Numbered from the whole stretch's first letter, positions 50,101-63,560 are shown. The stretch: DNA of 63,931 nucleotides, filler included, from Choristocarpus tenellus KU-1152 (GCA_964200185.2; 10 parts of 10 records of this genome joined end to end with filler, not necessarily neighbours in it), one strand, 5' to 3'. Notes: generated from the letters alone by a model not told the origin. A program made the numbers and translations.

Positions 50101-51512
50101 GGTGTGTGCCAAGCACGCCATACACAAATAAAAATAAACGCAGCGGGGAACAGGGAGGAATCTCATGCATCAGGCACACCTCTGCAGCCGGCTCAGTATT
50201 GAACAATACGGCTTCCTCTGGGTAGAGGAGAGCGGTGGTCATATCCTCAACGGAGGACTCTGGAACGAGTATCATCTTTGATTTGTTGCCCCGTTGGTAG
50301 AACTGTGGGGGGTTGGTATGCAGAGGAGTGGAGAGTGGAGGTAAGGTGCAGGCAAGCCGGGACAACAGAAGAAAGTGGTGCAAATGCGTCTCAAAGATAT
50401 TATGGCATTAGGGGGAAGCTAAACGGTTTCCAGTCTGCACAAGACCAAGGAATACGGAAAACGGCGCCATCTTTGTCTCACCCTCCGTACCTTCTGATAG
50501 TGACACACATCCAGACAAGGGGAAAGGGCCCCCACCGTAACAAGCGACTCAAGCGGAGGGATCACAGGGGAAAAGAAACCACAACCAAAGGTACATGATG
50601 AAGCGAATAACCACTGGGTGGAGAAACACCCGCAGCGCGTCTTGTGTGTGACTTCCACTGAAGTTTGGCATAAACGTCTTGATTTTGAGGGTAACATGAG
50701 GAGCGTCGACTCGCACACCAACCTGGAATGTTGGCGTGTCCCCCACGGAAATCCAGGTGGAAAACCGAGACTCGGATCCTTCCGAGACGTTCATCTGTTC
50801 GGCACAGAGTCGAGCGGGGAGAGGGGCGGAATAACAGGGGGAAGGGATAGGGGAAGAGCAAACGGACTGTCGGTACTATGGAAGATGTCGATTCCGAGGT
50901 GAAGTTGCCCGAAATCCGATCGCTCACATAGAATGACCGTACGCGTTAACTCTGAAGCAGTCGAACAGAAGGACTCAGGTACCTTGGCATAGATGGTGCC
51001 AGAGCCCGCACTGAATGCCATCTTCGCAGCTGTCTCGAAGGCTACATCGTATGCGGTGTTCTCCTCCCCTTGAGCTACACACAACGAAGGTCGTACATTG
51101 CATACGTGAGAGTGAGGCAATTGATCCCCGTCCACCAGAAAGAAAACAAAGAGTGGGGAGGAGGTGCGCCAAAAAGGCATGTCAAGATCTCGACGAAAAA
51201 TTGTACACACGGCTTTGGTCCCGTGGCAACGCTTGACCAAGAGATACATACTACGGGCAGGTTTAACTCAACACGTCGCGAATCCATCATCCAGTCACGC
51301 ACAAACACCTTTCCGGGGGGACGTGGATTACCTGCAGTTGTGCGCATGACCACCAGCGTCGGGTGGCGCACGCATGCAGAGATGAGATTCGCCCTTGTAA
51401 TGGTCTCCACCTCCCCATTGTTTGACGGGGAAAAATGGTGTTCCCCGTTGCAATCGACGAGTGCGGAAAAGAGGACTGGCCCCAACAACCCAACAAACCA
51501 TGTTACCTTCAT
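47138..51512 (-). CDS. predicted secreted protein (~450-480 aa): signal peptide, two CXXC-less thioredoxin-like repeats, possible bulb-lectin-like C-terminus; 11 exons: 51512-51332, 51074(or 51068)-50983, 50794-50723, 50302-50180, 49833-49686, 49420-49338, 49076-49014, 48697-48614, 48275-48201, 47966-47625(or 47700), 47308-47138
   Basis: All ten introns are GT-AG and the frame is preserved; N-terminus MKVTWFVGLLGPVLFSALVDC; repeat 1 ..AFETAAK..IYAK-MNV..TPTFQ-FYQRG and repeat 2 ..AFEAAAK..VYAK-MDV..VPIFQ-VLQ match the thioredoxin-fold AKVDV..PTFxFY pattern. Confidence 0.8.
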
Positions 51513-51844
51513 TGTCTTCCTTGCACTGAAGCAGAGAGGAGAAACAACGTGGCAGACTGTCTTTACGCCAAAGCGGGGGTGATATATGAAGATGTCTTAC
51601 TGTGCGTTGTGGGCAGAGCAGGAAATTGACTTTAGAGTAGTGTGTATGTGATGTGATGAAACCGTTTCAAGTTTTGAACAAGTCATAGGTTTCGTTAATA
51701 TACAGACAAACAACTTTATCGACTGCTTTATGTAAGGATTTTGAGTCCAGCCTCTTACACAAACACTAAAATATCTCAAGTATGTATGGAAATCCATGAA
51801 ACCGTTCAAGTTTTTAGAAAAGTGGTGATTTTGTTCACACTTGT

Positions 51845-53008
51845 AACTCATTCCGGTTTTTCCTTCGCATAAAACCTGTGGTTAGAGATGCTGCAATTAT
51901 CCCCTTTATCTCAGTCCATGGGGAGAAACACCATAGCAATTATATTCCCAACTGGCACACTGCCGCACAAAGCTCTTTGGTACCAAAATCAAAGGGGCAA
52001 AAACTATTCACACAGGGCATGTGATAGGGAAATTTTCTATTTTCGAATTATACCACGGTGACTATGGGAGATATTACTGAGCATGGTCCGTGTCAATGAG
52101 CTTTGCATAGAGCTCCTATGAACATCTTTTTCGGACCACTATTAGTCATAAACCTCACAAAACTCAACCCCCTTTCCTCATCTCTCCCCAGACTCAATAT
52201 CTCCACTTCAAGGCGAAAGTATAGCCCTGATGAGATGCGAATATACGCAGGTCTCAAACCAAAGGGAGCCTCAAAGCATCCTCCAACATACATAGGCAGT
52301 AGCGCCAGAAGGTTGACGCAATGGCTCCTTCTCAAGGCCACAACAAAGCACATTGCAATCACCTCTATTTCCAATGGCAACAAGGATTTAAGAAATCGCA
52401 CACTAAAATACATTCCATAACCCTATCAAAAGCTCTTCTTTGAGGACCCGTTAAAATCTGACTACAAGTACCACTCCCTGGATCGCCAATTCAATTATCT
52501 CACCAAAAAACGCAAAAAACACCCCAAACATGACCACCCTCATCTAAACCCTGCACTGCGTGAGAAGCCTCCATGGCAAGCACTCTGATCAACAGCAGGC
52601 CAACGACACAATAGTCCACCACGCTGAGTGACCTTCACAACTGCAGCAAAACAATCAAATGGATAGAGACCCTCAGCCCATCCCAGCATAGCACTGCCCA
52701 GCAAAACACCACACTGGTCCAAGAACACCATTGCTCTGCAGGGATGCAGACATGAATTGCAGGAAGCAAACACGGATGGACACAACAATAACTAACACAA
52801 AACACACTTCTTGCCTTCTTTGTGCACACATTTCTAGGGTTAGGGAATGATATGCGAGAAGAAGAGGTTGAATAAAAAATTGTGTGTGTAGGGGAGGGGG
52901 GGGGGGCGGGGGGAAGGAAACAATCTGTGCCCACGATACTCAAACATCACCAGACACCTGGAGAGGTTGACCCAAGAGCATTCATTCACTGCCCCAACCC
53001 AAACCCCA
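51845..53008. repeat. right arm of ~1.16-kb inverted repeat (cut by contig end)
   Basis: Reverse complement of 44739-45900. Confidence 0.95.
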
Positions 53009-53108
53009 NNNNNNNNNNNNNNNNNNNNNNNNNNNNNNNNNNNNNNNNNNNNTTAATTAATTAANNNNNNNNNNNNNNNNNNNNNNNNNNNNNNNNNNNN
53101 NNNNNNNN
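53009..53108. other. artificial contig linker
   Basis: N44-TTAATTAATTAA-N44. Confidence 0.98.
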
Positions 53109-53183
53109 GGGTGTCGGGGGGGTCGTTTGGGGGGGGGGTTGTTGGGGTGTTTTTGGGGTTTTTTTTGTGTGTGGGGGTGGTGT

Positions 53184-53220
<37 letters not shown>

Positions 53221-54087
53221 GGATGGATAGGTGGGGTATTATTTACTGTAGGCTTGTTCATGGTAGTGGATGTGGTGAGGAAAATATGGACTGTACGGTG
53301 GATGTGTGGCACTGAGTTGATGACACGCACTTGCTGTGTAGCCTAACCTGGTGAAGGTCTGTTACAGTCCTTACAATTATTAATCTTGTGGAATAGTCCT
53401 TTTTTCAATTTCCGGTCTGGATTATAGATAGTTTCGTTGTGATGGCATGTTTGATGCTACTGATGGGTTTTTTTCTCAAGCACTTATTTTTTCTTCTTTC
53501 TAGACATTTCTTTCAGTCTTGTTCATCGTGTCATCCCCCTGGTCTGCTTGTATGCACTAGATTTCTGTGTAGAGCTATTTCGTCCACCTCCTTTGCAACT
53601 GCTGGGTGGGGGTTGTCCTTTGACTCTCTCTCTGTTCCCCTCCAGGTGCACTCTTTTTGTTGATCTCTCTTTTGCCAACACACACAGATTGACTTTGCCT
53701 AGCTTCCCCCCCCCCTCTATGCCCCTATGCCCATGATAGCAATCAGATCTGCCGCGTATTTGCTCCTCCGTAGTCGACAGAGAGGTCACCCTTGATGATG
53801 GTTTCAAGCTGATTATCAATCATATGGCGGGGTTAGAGGGATGAAAATATTACTAGTTGGAAGAGCAAGAATGGGAAGGATGGAGGTTGGAGAGGGGGGG
53901 GGGTTGGGAGTTGAAGAGAGGGAAGGGGGAGGCGAGCAAGTGTTTGGGTGAGAGGTTGGAAGCATGAACTGAAAGACCATATGTATGGCTTGTGGGGTGC
54001 ATTTATTTGGTTTTTGTGTGTTATTTTTGTTGGTGATGTTGTTAAGGGAGGTCTGCAGTGTCAATGCGGCATTAGGTCCTCGAGAAG

Positions 54088-54287
54088 AACTTCATTGTAC
54101 TTTGTTGTACCAGAACCTTGAGGGAGTTGAACCTCACGGTAGCAGAACCTTCAGGTATCGAACCTTGTCGTACCAGAGGTTTGTGCCAACTTCATTGTAC
54201 TTTGTTGTACCAGAACCTTGAGGGAGTTGAACCTCACGGTAGCAGAACCTTCAGGTATCGAACCTTGTCGTACCAGAGGTTTGTGCC
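54088..54287. repeat. perfect 100-bp tandem duplication
   Basis: 54088-54187 identical to 54188-54287. Confidence 0.95.
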
Positions 54288-57172
54288 GTGCCGTCATTAG
54301 AGATGCCAATGGTGGGTGGCGAGGGACTGAGGCATGGCTGAAAGTGGGCGAGGTTTCATTGTGCCCTTGAGAATTGCCTGTATTCTTGTGTTGTGTTGGT
54401 GACAATTGTGAACCTTTTCAAATCGTGGCAATGACCTCGTACAGTTGTGTTTAGGAGTTGTTTGTTGGGACCAGGTCGTGCTCTTGCATGCCTCATTTTG
54501 TGTGCGTGTTTTAAATTGGAATCCTCGTTTGTGTGTGTGTGTTTTTTTTTTCTTGTGTGATATTGTTCTTGTGTCTTGTGTGTATGTGAAAGAGTGGTGT
54601 CTTGTCTCTTGTATAGCTTGCTTGGAGGTGGTGGTGAGTTGTTTTGTGTGAGAGTTTGTGAGTTCCTGTTGTGAGGTAGAAGTGAGTTGATAATGTCGCA
54701 GCCCAATTTCCTGTCAGAAGTACATTGAATCACGTTGCTATGGTATGGTACTGTAAACTGCTCTTGTTCTTTTTGTACTGTGTGTTTCTGGCAACTTGCT
54801 TTGCGGACTCCCAAGCTTACTCCACCAGCTAGTCACTTTTCCTGCTATTTTATTTCTAAGTACATTATTGCAGTAATTGATCGATTTGTCTAAAATAATC
54901 ACCTAACATACACTGTGCATCCATTCATTGATTTTTAGAGTGTGTAGTAGTATGCCTCACTGCCCATTATTCTCACCCAAGGTTGGTTGCATTGCTATTG
55001 AGAGAGAGTTACACTGAAAAGTTTCAACCTTTGAATCTCAATATGGTGAGGTTTGGGCGTTCACTGTATGCCATTAATACATACTATGCATCATACCCAT
55101 CACCCAAATTGTTATACGTATAGAGGTAGGGTTAGAGATCCAAGCAATCACTGATTCATATTTTTTCTTAGTGTGGAAAAAAAATGTTTCACATTATCAT
55201 AATACTCTCACCAAATTGTGGTGAATTGGAAGTGTAAGCTATGAACAGCCTCACGTATATTTTGAATTTGTCAGTTGTGTGGGTTTATCCACAATCAGAT
55301 AGAGCTGGTGCAATTATTAATCACATTAGTTTACCCCACTCCTCCAACTCGGTTGAAGGCAGAATGTTGTTATCTAATCTCATCCATGCTGAAGTACATG
55401 CTAAAATGAAGGTCGTTGTGGTAGACACAGTTAAGTGCAATACATATTATAGTGCATGTCATCCTATTTCATCTTTATTATGAGGACTGACCAGTCAAGT
55501 TATGACAGAATCACATTTTATAATATATAGTACTTAGTATTAGATGTAATTTATAATGTTAAACAAAGGATTGCCTTGAGAATGCAACACCACGTAATGA
55601 CTACCAAAACTTACATGTGAAAGAGTACAGCCTACTACTATCCGGGGCTAGACCTGATGTACAAAAGATTGTTTTTTCTTATGTATGTTGACACCCAACA
55701 CAAAAAAAAAATGGAGACATCTTCAGGAGTGAGTTGTACTACACAGTCGGGATTCAAGAACTCATCTTTATGCCACACCTCAACAGCAGGGGACACATAT
55801 TACTCCACTAGAATACAGTAAGTGCTACTATTATAGTGTAGTACTTGTAACCAAAGTACATGGTGTCACTTAAGAGTAGTATTAATTCAGTACTGTGTGG
55901 AATGGACCTATTAGTATTTGCTGTGTAGACCAGTACTCTCAAGTATGTATCTTGTGAAAGTTGGTAGAAAGGCACGGTTTGTCCCCACAAGCAACTGCCT
56001 TTATAGCAATACACTTAAACGAAAAAAGTTTTATCTACGTGGTGTAGGTGGTAACAAGTATATATTCAATAAATATTGTTTACTTTAACAAAAAACTAGT
56101 GTACCAATACTCTTACAGACTAAAAACAAGGACATAATATAAATACCATACTGGAGTAACCACGACATTCCAAATAGTATGCACAACTAATTAATTGTAA
56201 CTCTGGTCTTCTCATGGTTTGTAGACTGCTGACTATATATATATATATATCCCATCCACATACACCATTAAAAAACTGTCCCATACATGTAGATTTTTCA
56301 TTTCATACACAACTCATACACCAATAGTCGACTCAAGCACAATAAATTGAGATATAAATGTATGTATCATCTATCTGCCATTCTACTGCCTCTGGTGCAG
56401 GCAAGGCATACTATTATATATGTAAACCTACTATTGGTATATATTTATCCTTACTACGATTACTCACCACCAATGATGAAAGGCATGAACCTTGGCTGTA
56501 GTGAGGACATACAAAACGATACGCAACACAGTAGTGATAATACAGACTGACTTGTATGATAGCCAAAGAAAACTTTACTCCAAAGGTACTTTCTTCATTA
56601 TCAACAATAAAAATCTTGGTACAGAAGAACCAACTCCAGAGCAGCATCAAGAAGCCCTGTCACAATGCAAGAAGTATGATATAGAGTAGAGCTCTCACGT
56701 CCCCGTCCCCGTCCCCCCCGCCCACCCGCCCTGATGCGCAAAATAAATAAAGAAAAGATTAAGACCCCACAACACGTTGCATCACACACAAATGCATGGA
56801 CTGTTGACTGAATGTATAGGTCTCTCTATGAACGATGTTCAATTACACTCATTAGGTACTTGGCTAATTCTGTTTGTAGAAGGAATGAAACATCTCGTGG
56901 CAAAGTCTCGAAGGTTGAATAAATTATTTTTCTTCCTGTACAAAAAAGAAAATGTAATCTGCTGCAGCACAACAAATAGTGATAGCCGTAAGAGGTTTGC
57001 AAAATAAAAAAAACTTAAAACACACTGTTTGAAACACACACACAACCAGACCAACCCCCCAGCGCTCTTCATCCATCAGAGACCCACTCAATTATAGCAT
57101 CATGCTACATCCTCTGTATGGTTAAACTTTGAAGATGAGGCGATCAACTCCAGCCTTGATTGCTGCTTAAAG

Positions 57173-59107
57173 TCACCCTGCACCCCCCGGAAGGACCCCA
57201 CCCATTCCTCCCTCCTGCCCTGCCTCCATGCCGTGAGAATGCAGGGCTAGTATGATGAACACCCATGAGTGAAGGATGATGAGGTACACCAAGCAAGCTG
57301 CTCGTGCCGCAGGGACAGTCCTGAGGAACACCACTTTAGGGTGGGGTTGATAGTGGGCGAGGGAAAGAGAGAGAGAGGGGAACATCAACGAGGACCTTGC
57401 CCTTGGGAGAGTATCACTTATCACTCCTTAACTCCCTCAGCAGACCTATCAACCAAGGCAACAGACAATGAACAAGGTAATCTACTAGATATTCCAAGGG
57501 ATGGGTATTCTCACAGCATAATTTATCTTCTATTATCACCTGACCCCTACACAAAAGAGTTCACACACATTGCCTCATGCTCCCCTTCGTTGCTTGACTA
57601 CGGCAAAGGGGCTTACCTCACAGCACTGCCAAGGAGAGTTTCTAGGCCATGTTCATGTCAACAATAACAAACAACATTAGTGGTTGGGCACACCTCTCTG
57701 ACTTGAGAAATGTCGCAACCCTTTTATCATACCACAATATATACACACATATTTTATATGTAGAAGAAAACGCGACTGCGATAAAAAGAAATGGACAGCT
57801 GCTCTTGTATGTAACTCTTGTATATAGCCCTTGTATATAACTCTTGTATATAACTCTTGTATGTAACTCTTGTATATAGCCCTTGTATATAACTCTTGTA
57901 TAAAAAGCTCTAATATAATTCTCCTTCAATAGCACACACCGCTTCCTACCAATCCTGGACCATAATCGATTTCTGCTATTCTTGCTCCCCTCCATTTTTC
58001 CCCTCTGTTACATACAATATGTTCATACACACCGGTGATAAAATAATACAACAATATGATAGTACAACAAGGCCACACTTGAACTCATCACTAACTACAA
58101 CAAGATAACCCTAACCCTAACCCTTCAAGACATAGAGATTAAACCACTACATCACCAAAGCATACTATTAACATTATAGATATAATTCACACAAGACTGG
58201 TGTCTCAGTGGTGTATATAAATATAAATATGAATATAAATATTAGCACTATTAAATAGTTTTCCTTTTCTTTTGTGTTGGAGTGTCAACATCTTTTGCAT
58301 GTCTTCTGTTATTGCATTTTTGGGCTTCTCAACACCCACCGAAAAGTTAAACACCATGCCGACATGTTCTGTATTCATTATGCCACAGGTTAAATAGATA
58401 AGGCAAAACAGACATGTGACAACACTAATAAATACAATATACAGTAAATAGTACAATACATTGTACAGCAAATAGTACAATACATTATACAGTAAATAAT
58501 ACAATAAAACATACATCAGTGGTATCTCAATATCATGGATCACGCCGGGCAGTAATCCTGACCTCTGATTTTGTCAAGATGTTGAGATATGCCCACACCA
58601 AGCAGGCACTAATCCTACATGAAACTGTCAGTGTTGTAGTGACTGTGTGGTGTAGTGGAATAGTGGCAAAATTTCAATAACTTGACAGTTTCAATGCATT
58701 CAATACACAACCTCTGAGGGAAGTGTTGATAAGCAATAAGAGCACTTATTGCTAGACTGCACACAATACCAATACACCACATCTACTTCTACTACAACAA
58801 TTCTATCACAAAAATAAAAAATAATACTAATAATAACAATAATATTATCGAGAACTGCCCACTATTTCTACAATAATAAGATCACATAAAAATCAATAAT
58901 AATAATAATAATATCGAGAGGGTAGGAAATTGATGTTGCAGAGTGAACACACCCCGTTGGTGAGAAAAAAACAGATGATGCACAAAAATATATATTCACA
59001 TTTCATTTGGTGCAACTCTGCTATCTCAAGTAAATAAAAAGAAGTATTCATAGAGGCTCACCAGCCCGAAGTGTGCCATGGTCAAGGGCATCCACTGCCT
59101 CCGCAAT
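57173..59107 (-). CDS. Golgin-84 (GOLGA5)-like protein, last two coding exons (59107-59062 and 57333-57173)
   Basis: Phase-1 splice gives IAEAVDALDHGTLRAVVFLRTVPAARAACLVYLIILHSWVFIILALHSH, matching the Golgin-84 tail anchor AxxxIDxxxxRxxxFLRRYPxARxxxxxYxxxLHLWV with conserved Tyr and His. Confidence 0.75.
57803..57903. repeat. 13-bp tandem repeat (TAACTCTTGTATA variants)
   Basis: Directly visible, intronic. Confidence 0.9.
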
Positions 59108-59294
59108 CTTAAAGCAGGGAGTTCCACAACATGGTAGGGGAGTGAGATTGGGTCGACATAGGAGAGGAAATGTGGGTATTATTGAAGGCATTCACATGGG
59201 GATCGATTGGGGGAAGAATCAGAAAGAATTGCCACATTTGAAACAAGTAGGTTAGGTACCAGATCTGTGTGAGACGTAACTAATACTACAACAG

Positions 59295-59680
59295 CAATGT
59301 CATCACTACTAATATAACAATAGTATCATCACTACCAATATAACAATGGTATCATCACTACCAATATAACAATGGTATCATCACTAATAATATAACAATG
59401 GTATCATCACTACCAACATAACAATGGTATCATCACTACTAATATAACAATGGTATCATCACTAATAATATAACAATGGTATCATCACTACTAATACAAC
59501 AATGATGTAACCACTACTAATATAACAATGGTATCATCACTACTAATATAACAATGGTACCATCACTACTAATATAACAATGGTATAATCACTACCAATA
59601 TAACAATGGTATCATCACTACAAATACAACAATGATATAATCACTACTAATATAACAGTGATATAATCACTACTAATATA
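59295..59680. repeat. 26-bp minisatellite, about 14 units (AATATAACAATGGTATCATCACTACY)
   Basis: Directly visible; no spacers. Confidence 0.95.
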
Positions 59681-60051
59681 CTAGTTCCTCACAGCAGCAC
59701 ATACGACCTTACTTGAACAAAAAATATTTGGGGGAGGGGGAGATCGATAACAAATGTGTTGCGTACAGTGGTACATAACAAGAAAAATTAAGAGGAGCAA
59801 GGTTAGGGATAGAGCATGGAAACAAGCACATGGACCAAGGATGTTTTTATTATTAAATAAAGGATTGCTTCTGTATTGAAAAAAAAACAGCTTCACTGTT
59901 AGGCAACATATAATAATAATACAATAACACAAATAAAATTCCTCCGAAATATGAAAAAGATTGTGACGAAATTTATGCTTTACTTATAAACAGCTTTGGG
60001 GGAGTCAAGCGGGTATGGGAGGTGGGGGGGAGGGGGGGGGGGGGGGGGGGG

Positions 60052-60151
60052 NNNNNNNNNNNNNNNNNNNNNNNNNNNNNNNNNNNNNNNNNNNNTTAAT
60101 TAATTAANNNNNNNNNNNNNNNNNNNNNNNNNNNNNNNNNNNNNNNNNNNN
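60052..60151. other. artificial contig linker
   Basis: N44-TTAATTAATTAA-N44. Confidence 0.98.
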
Positions 60152-61511
60152 CCGTGTAGAAGTTTTTGCCTGGTGGAAACTGAAAGTCAATAGAGTTTAA
60201 TTGTAGAAATGAAGGCAGTACTGTTGTTAAGTTTTAAATAACAGCCTCTATTATTCTTTATATCTGTACCTACATTTATGTTATTGAATCAAAGTATTCT
60301 CTTCTAGGTAGTGTGTGCAATTTCAGGCTTTATAGGTTTACATACTTACAGCATAGTATGTGTATTTACAGTATAGTAGTACAATGACACTAAACCAGTT
60401 CAAACACACCTATGGTGCTCTGCTTGCATGTGATCTCAGGTGAACATATCAGAGGAACACCTTAAAGATGTACAGGCGTCCATTTTGGATCATGACCACC
60501 CCAAGGCACTGTCCTCCGTAATGTTTGACAATGTATTGATACAGGTGAGTGTGATGAGGTAAAAAGTGAAGTTAGGTTAGCCTTAGGGTTATGATAGTGT
60601 TTGTGCGTTAGTGTCTCTAATGTCTGTCTGCCTGTCTGTCTGCCTATTGGCATGGTACACATACCTTTCGACCACTGTCTTTAGAATGTCTTCCCTGGGT
60701 ACACACTTTTAACTTTTTGATGTTCTTTCACGGTTTTAACTTTTCTACTCCAATGGCCTTTCGGTCACTCATTTTTTATTTTTGTGAAGCAATGCAAGGT
60801 GATTGGATTAGATTCGCCACCCTCTCTCTATGTGTGTGTGTGTGTGTGTGTGTCCAGTTGCATCAGTTTCTATCTGTCGGTGTGTATGATTCCAACTTGA
60901 GCACTGTGTATGATTATATATTTTTTGTGTGATTTTATGTAGTAGTTCCTTTTTTTTTATGATGCCTCTCTTGTAGGTATATAATGCACTCTTGTATTTT
61001 TTGCACATTTGTTTTTTATATCCATGGTATGACAGTTACTACTTCATACATTCTGTAACTTTTAAAAAACTTTGTGAGTGAACTGGTTTATCTTTGATTT
61101 GCTGTTGGAATATCACCATCATTCCTCCCCCCAGGCAAGAAACTCCGACCTTGGTGGCCGTCCTTTGAATGCTTGGCTGACTAATACTCCAGGTCTTACA
61201 TTCTTGGAAAATGTTATTGTTATTTGTAGTGTTTGCTCCAGCAGTAACATGAACTGTACATCTCCTTTAGCCAACAGGAACGTTTGTGCGCTGAAATAAT
61301 CTCTGCCTGATTTCCATCTTGATTCATCTTGGCGTTGTTGTCTTGACTAATCTTGACATTGTTGATTTGATTCATCTCTGCACCTGTATTGCTTGAAACC
61401 TCTCCTCTCCCCCAATAACTACATAGGATACATACTTTTGTTGAAGTACATTGACTCACAAGCTATAAAGCATCGCAATCAATTCAACCGATGCATCCAT
61501 CCTATTCCCTC

Positions 61512-61558
<47 letters not shown>

Positions 61559-63309
61559 ACCCCCCCCCTTCCTTTACTCTTTGGGGGGAGAAAATTTTTN
61601 NNNNNNNNNCAACCTAAAAAACCCCCCAACCAATTCACCCGCTGCACCCCCCCCCTCCCCCCCCCCCCCCCCCCCCCCCCTCTCTCTCTCCCTTGGGCCT
61701 CCAATCCAACAATCACCTGTTGTAATGCATTAGGTGGAGACAATAATGTCCTTGGGACCCTTCCCTCGCTTTGCTGGGCCTACAATAAAAAACATTGAGA
61801 CCAGCTGGGGAAAGATCGTAACAGATCTCAGCTTTGAGGAGGCAGGGGGTAAGGGCACCACCACAGCGATGTTTTGATTCGCTTGTCATGATGGATGGGA
61901 GTGGATTTGGGGATACTTGTGGTGCAGTGGGGATAGTGGGGGTGGGGTGGTGGAGCCACCCCCCTCAATATGACCGTGACCGTATTTTTATTTTTCACTT
62001 TTTTGAAAGCCTTGCCCTAACCCTAACCCTAACCTGTGTGTGAAAATAAAATAGAGCTGCCTTGATGTGTGTCAAGGTGTAAAAAAATATAATAAAGAGC
62101 ATAGCGGTGGTGCTTCACTGAAGACTGTGGTTTTCCGAGTGAAGCGTGATGCTGAGTAGTGTGAGGGGTGTTTATAGTATGTATAGATATTTTTATTTTA
62201 TTTGAATAACACCCTTTTTGTTGTTACTCGTTTCATCCTTTTTTTCTTTTTTTTATCTTTGAGTTAGTAGTAGTATGGTTAAATGTTTAAACTCTTTTTA
62301 CTGAGGTTCTTCTTGCGTGCGGTGACCTTTCAGTCCTCTGGTGTCTCTACACTACAAAGGAAGAGGTTGGTGCTTCCTCTTCCTTGCCCCAAGGCTTTTT
62401 TCACTAGCAGCAGGGACTGCCTGGAAGTTTCCCATCCAAAGGCCTGTCCATAAGTTGAAGATGTGTATGACCCAGTCTTAATTTTAAGAGCCCCTTGAGA
62501 CTGCTCCTCAAAGGTCCAGTCCTCGGATTGGTCTGGTACAATCTCAGGACGACTCTTGTTCCATTGATCCGGTTTGAGAAATATTTATTACTATAATTAT
62601 TATTACTATTATTATTTTACTGTATGTCAAGGGGGGTTGAAAGAAAAGCACATCAAATCTACTCTGTATAACACCATTAATAGGGCCTACGCAAGGAGAG
62701 AGAGACTGACTGTATTATCACGAGGAGAGATGACTATGCTGCTGATGCCAAACTTGACTGTACTAGTATAGCAGTACAAAGGCTCGGACCGACTGGGTGA
62801 ATTGAACAAGGGGTAGGTCCAATGCGCTTCGGAAGGACCAGTATGCTGTGTTATGTCTGTGATAGGTCCAGCCCTGGGCTGTTGAGCTTTCTGCACTGTC
62901 TGGACCTCTGACAGATCCAGTGTGTGTGTGTGTGTTTCTGGTAGGTCCGGTCCATTCCTTGGGCTGGCCTGGTGTCATATGTTACAAATAGGTCAGGTCC
63001 TGAACCAGTCTGGTTCTGGTTCTGTGTGCTTCTTTGGTTGGGGTCCAGTCCAGTAAAACGTCTTGGATAATTGTAGACCTGTACTAATGGATGTACCTGA
63101 TTTATATATAGCCAGTGTAAAAGGAAAAAAATAAGGAAAAAATGTAACTGTGGCTACTACAGAGCTGTATGGTTTTCAGCGGTTGCGCAAAAGAGCATGG
63201 TGGTGTTTGAACTTGGTGTTTGGACTTGCATGATTGTGAACTGGATCCATCGACTGACTTGACACATTGTTCTGGATACTGTTTGGTCCCTACTACTACC
63301 TAACCTAGT

Positions 63310-63560
63310 TGGATGCAGGAGGTCAAAGGCAAATTGATTCATTTAGTTTTGAGAGGAGCAGAGGGTAGCACCGCTGTCTGCGACCAGGTGACACTGCTGC
63401 TCAAGTGTCTTTTGAACTAAAATAAAAAAATACGAGCATGAAAACATTTGATGAAGAGAGGATAAGGTTAAATAAACTGCGAATGGCCTTGTGACTTGCC
63501 AAGTACTGCTTCGCAGAAGTGTCCATGTACTGGGAAACACAAAAACGTCTCCCAGTCCAT
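63310..63560 (-). pseudogene. possible degraded hAT transposase C-terminal region
   Basis: LEQQCHLVADSGATLCSSQN.MNQFAF weakly resembles FSxAGxLVxDRRxxLxxxxVNQLxF; GGACC-rich tract lies downstream. Confidence 0.2.

Noticed and set aside
44739-53008. DIRS-type or Polinton element based on long inverted repeats
   Set aside because: No RT, tyrosine recombinase, polB, integrase or capsid motifs between the arms; the interior is a spliced cellular-type gene.
59295-59680. CRISPR-like array (also considered 5854-6163, 2100-2210, 26208-26390)
   Set aside because: Units are contiguous with no unique spacers, there are no cas genes, and the context is eukaryotic; these are minisatellites.
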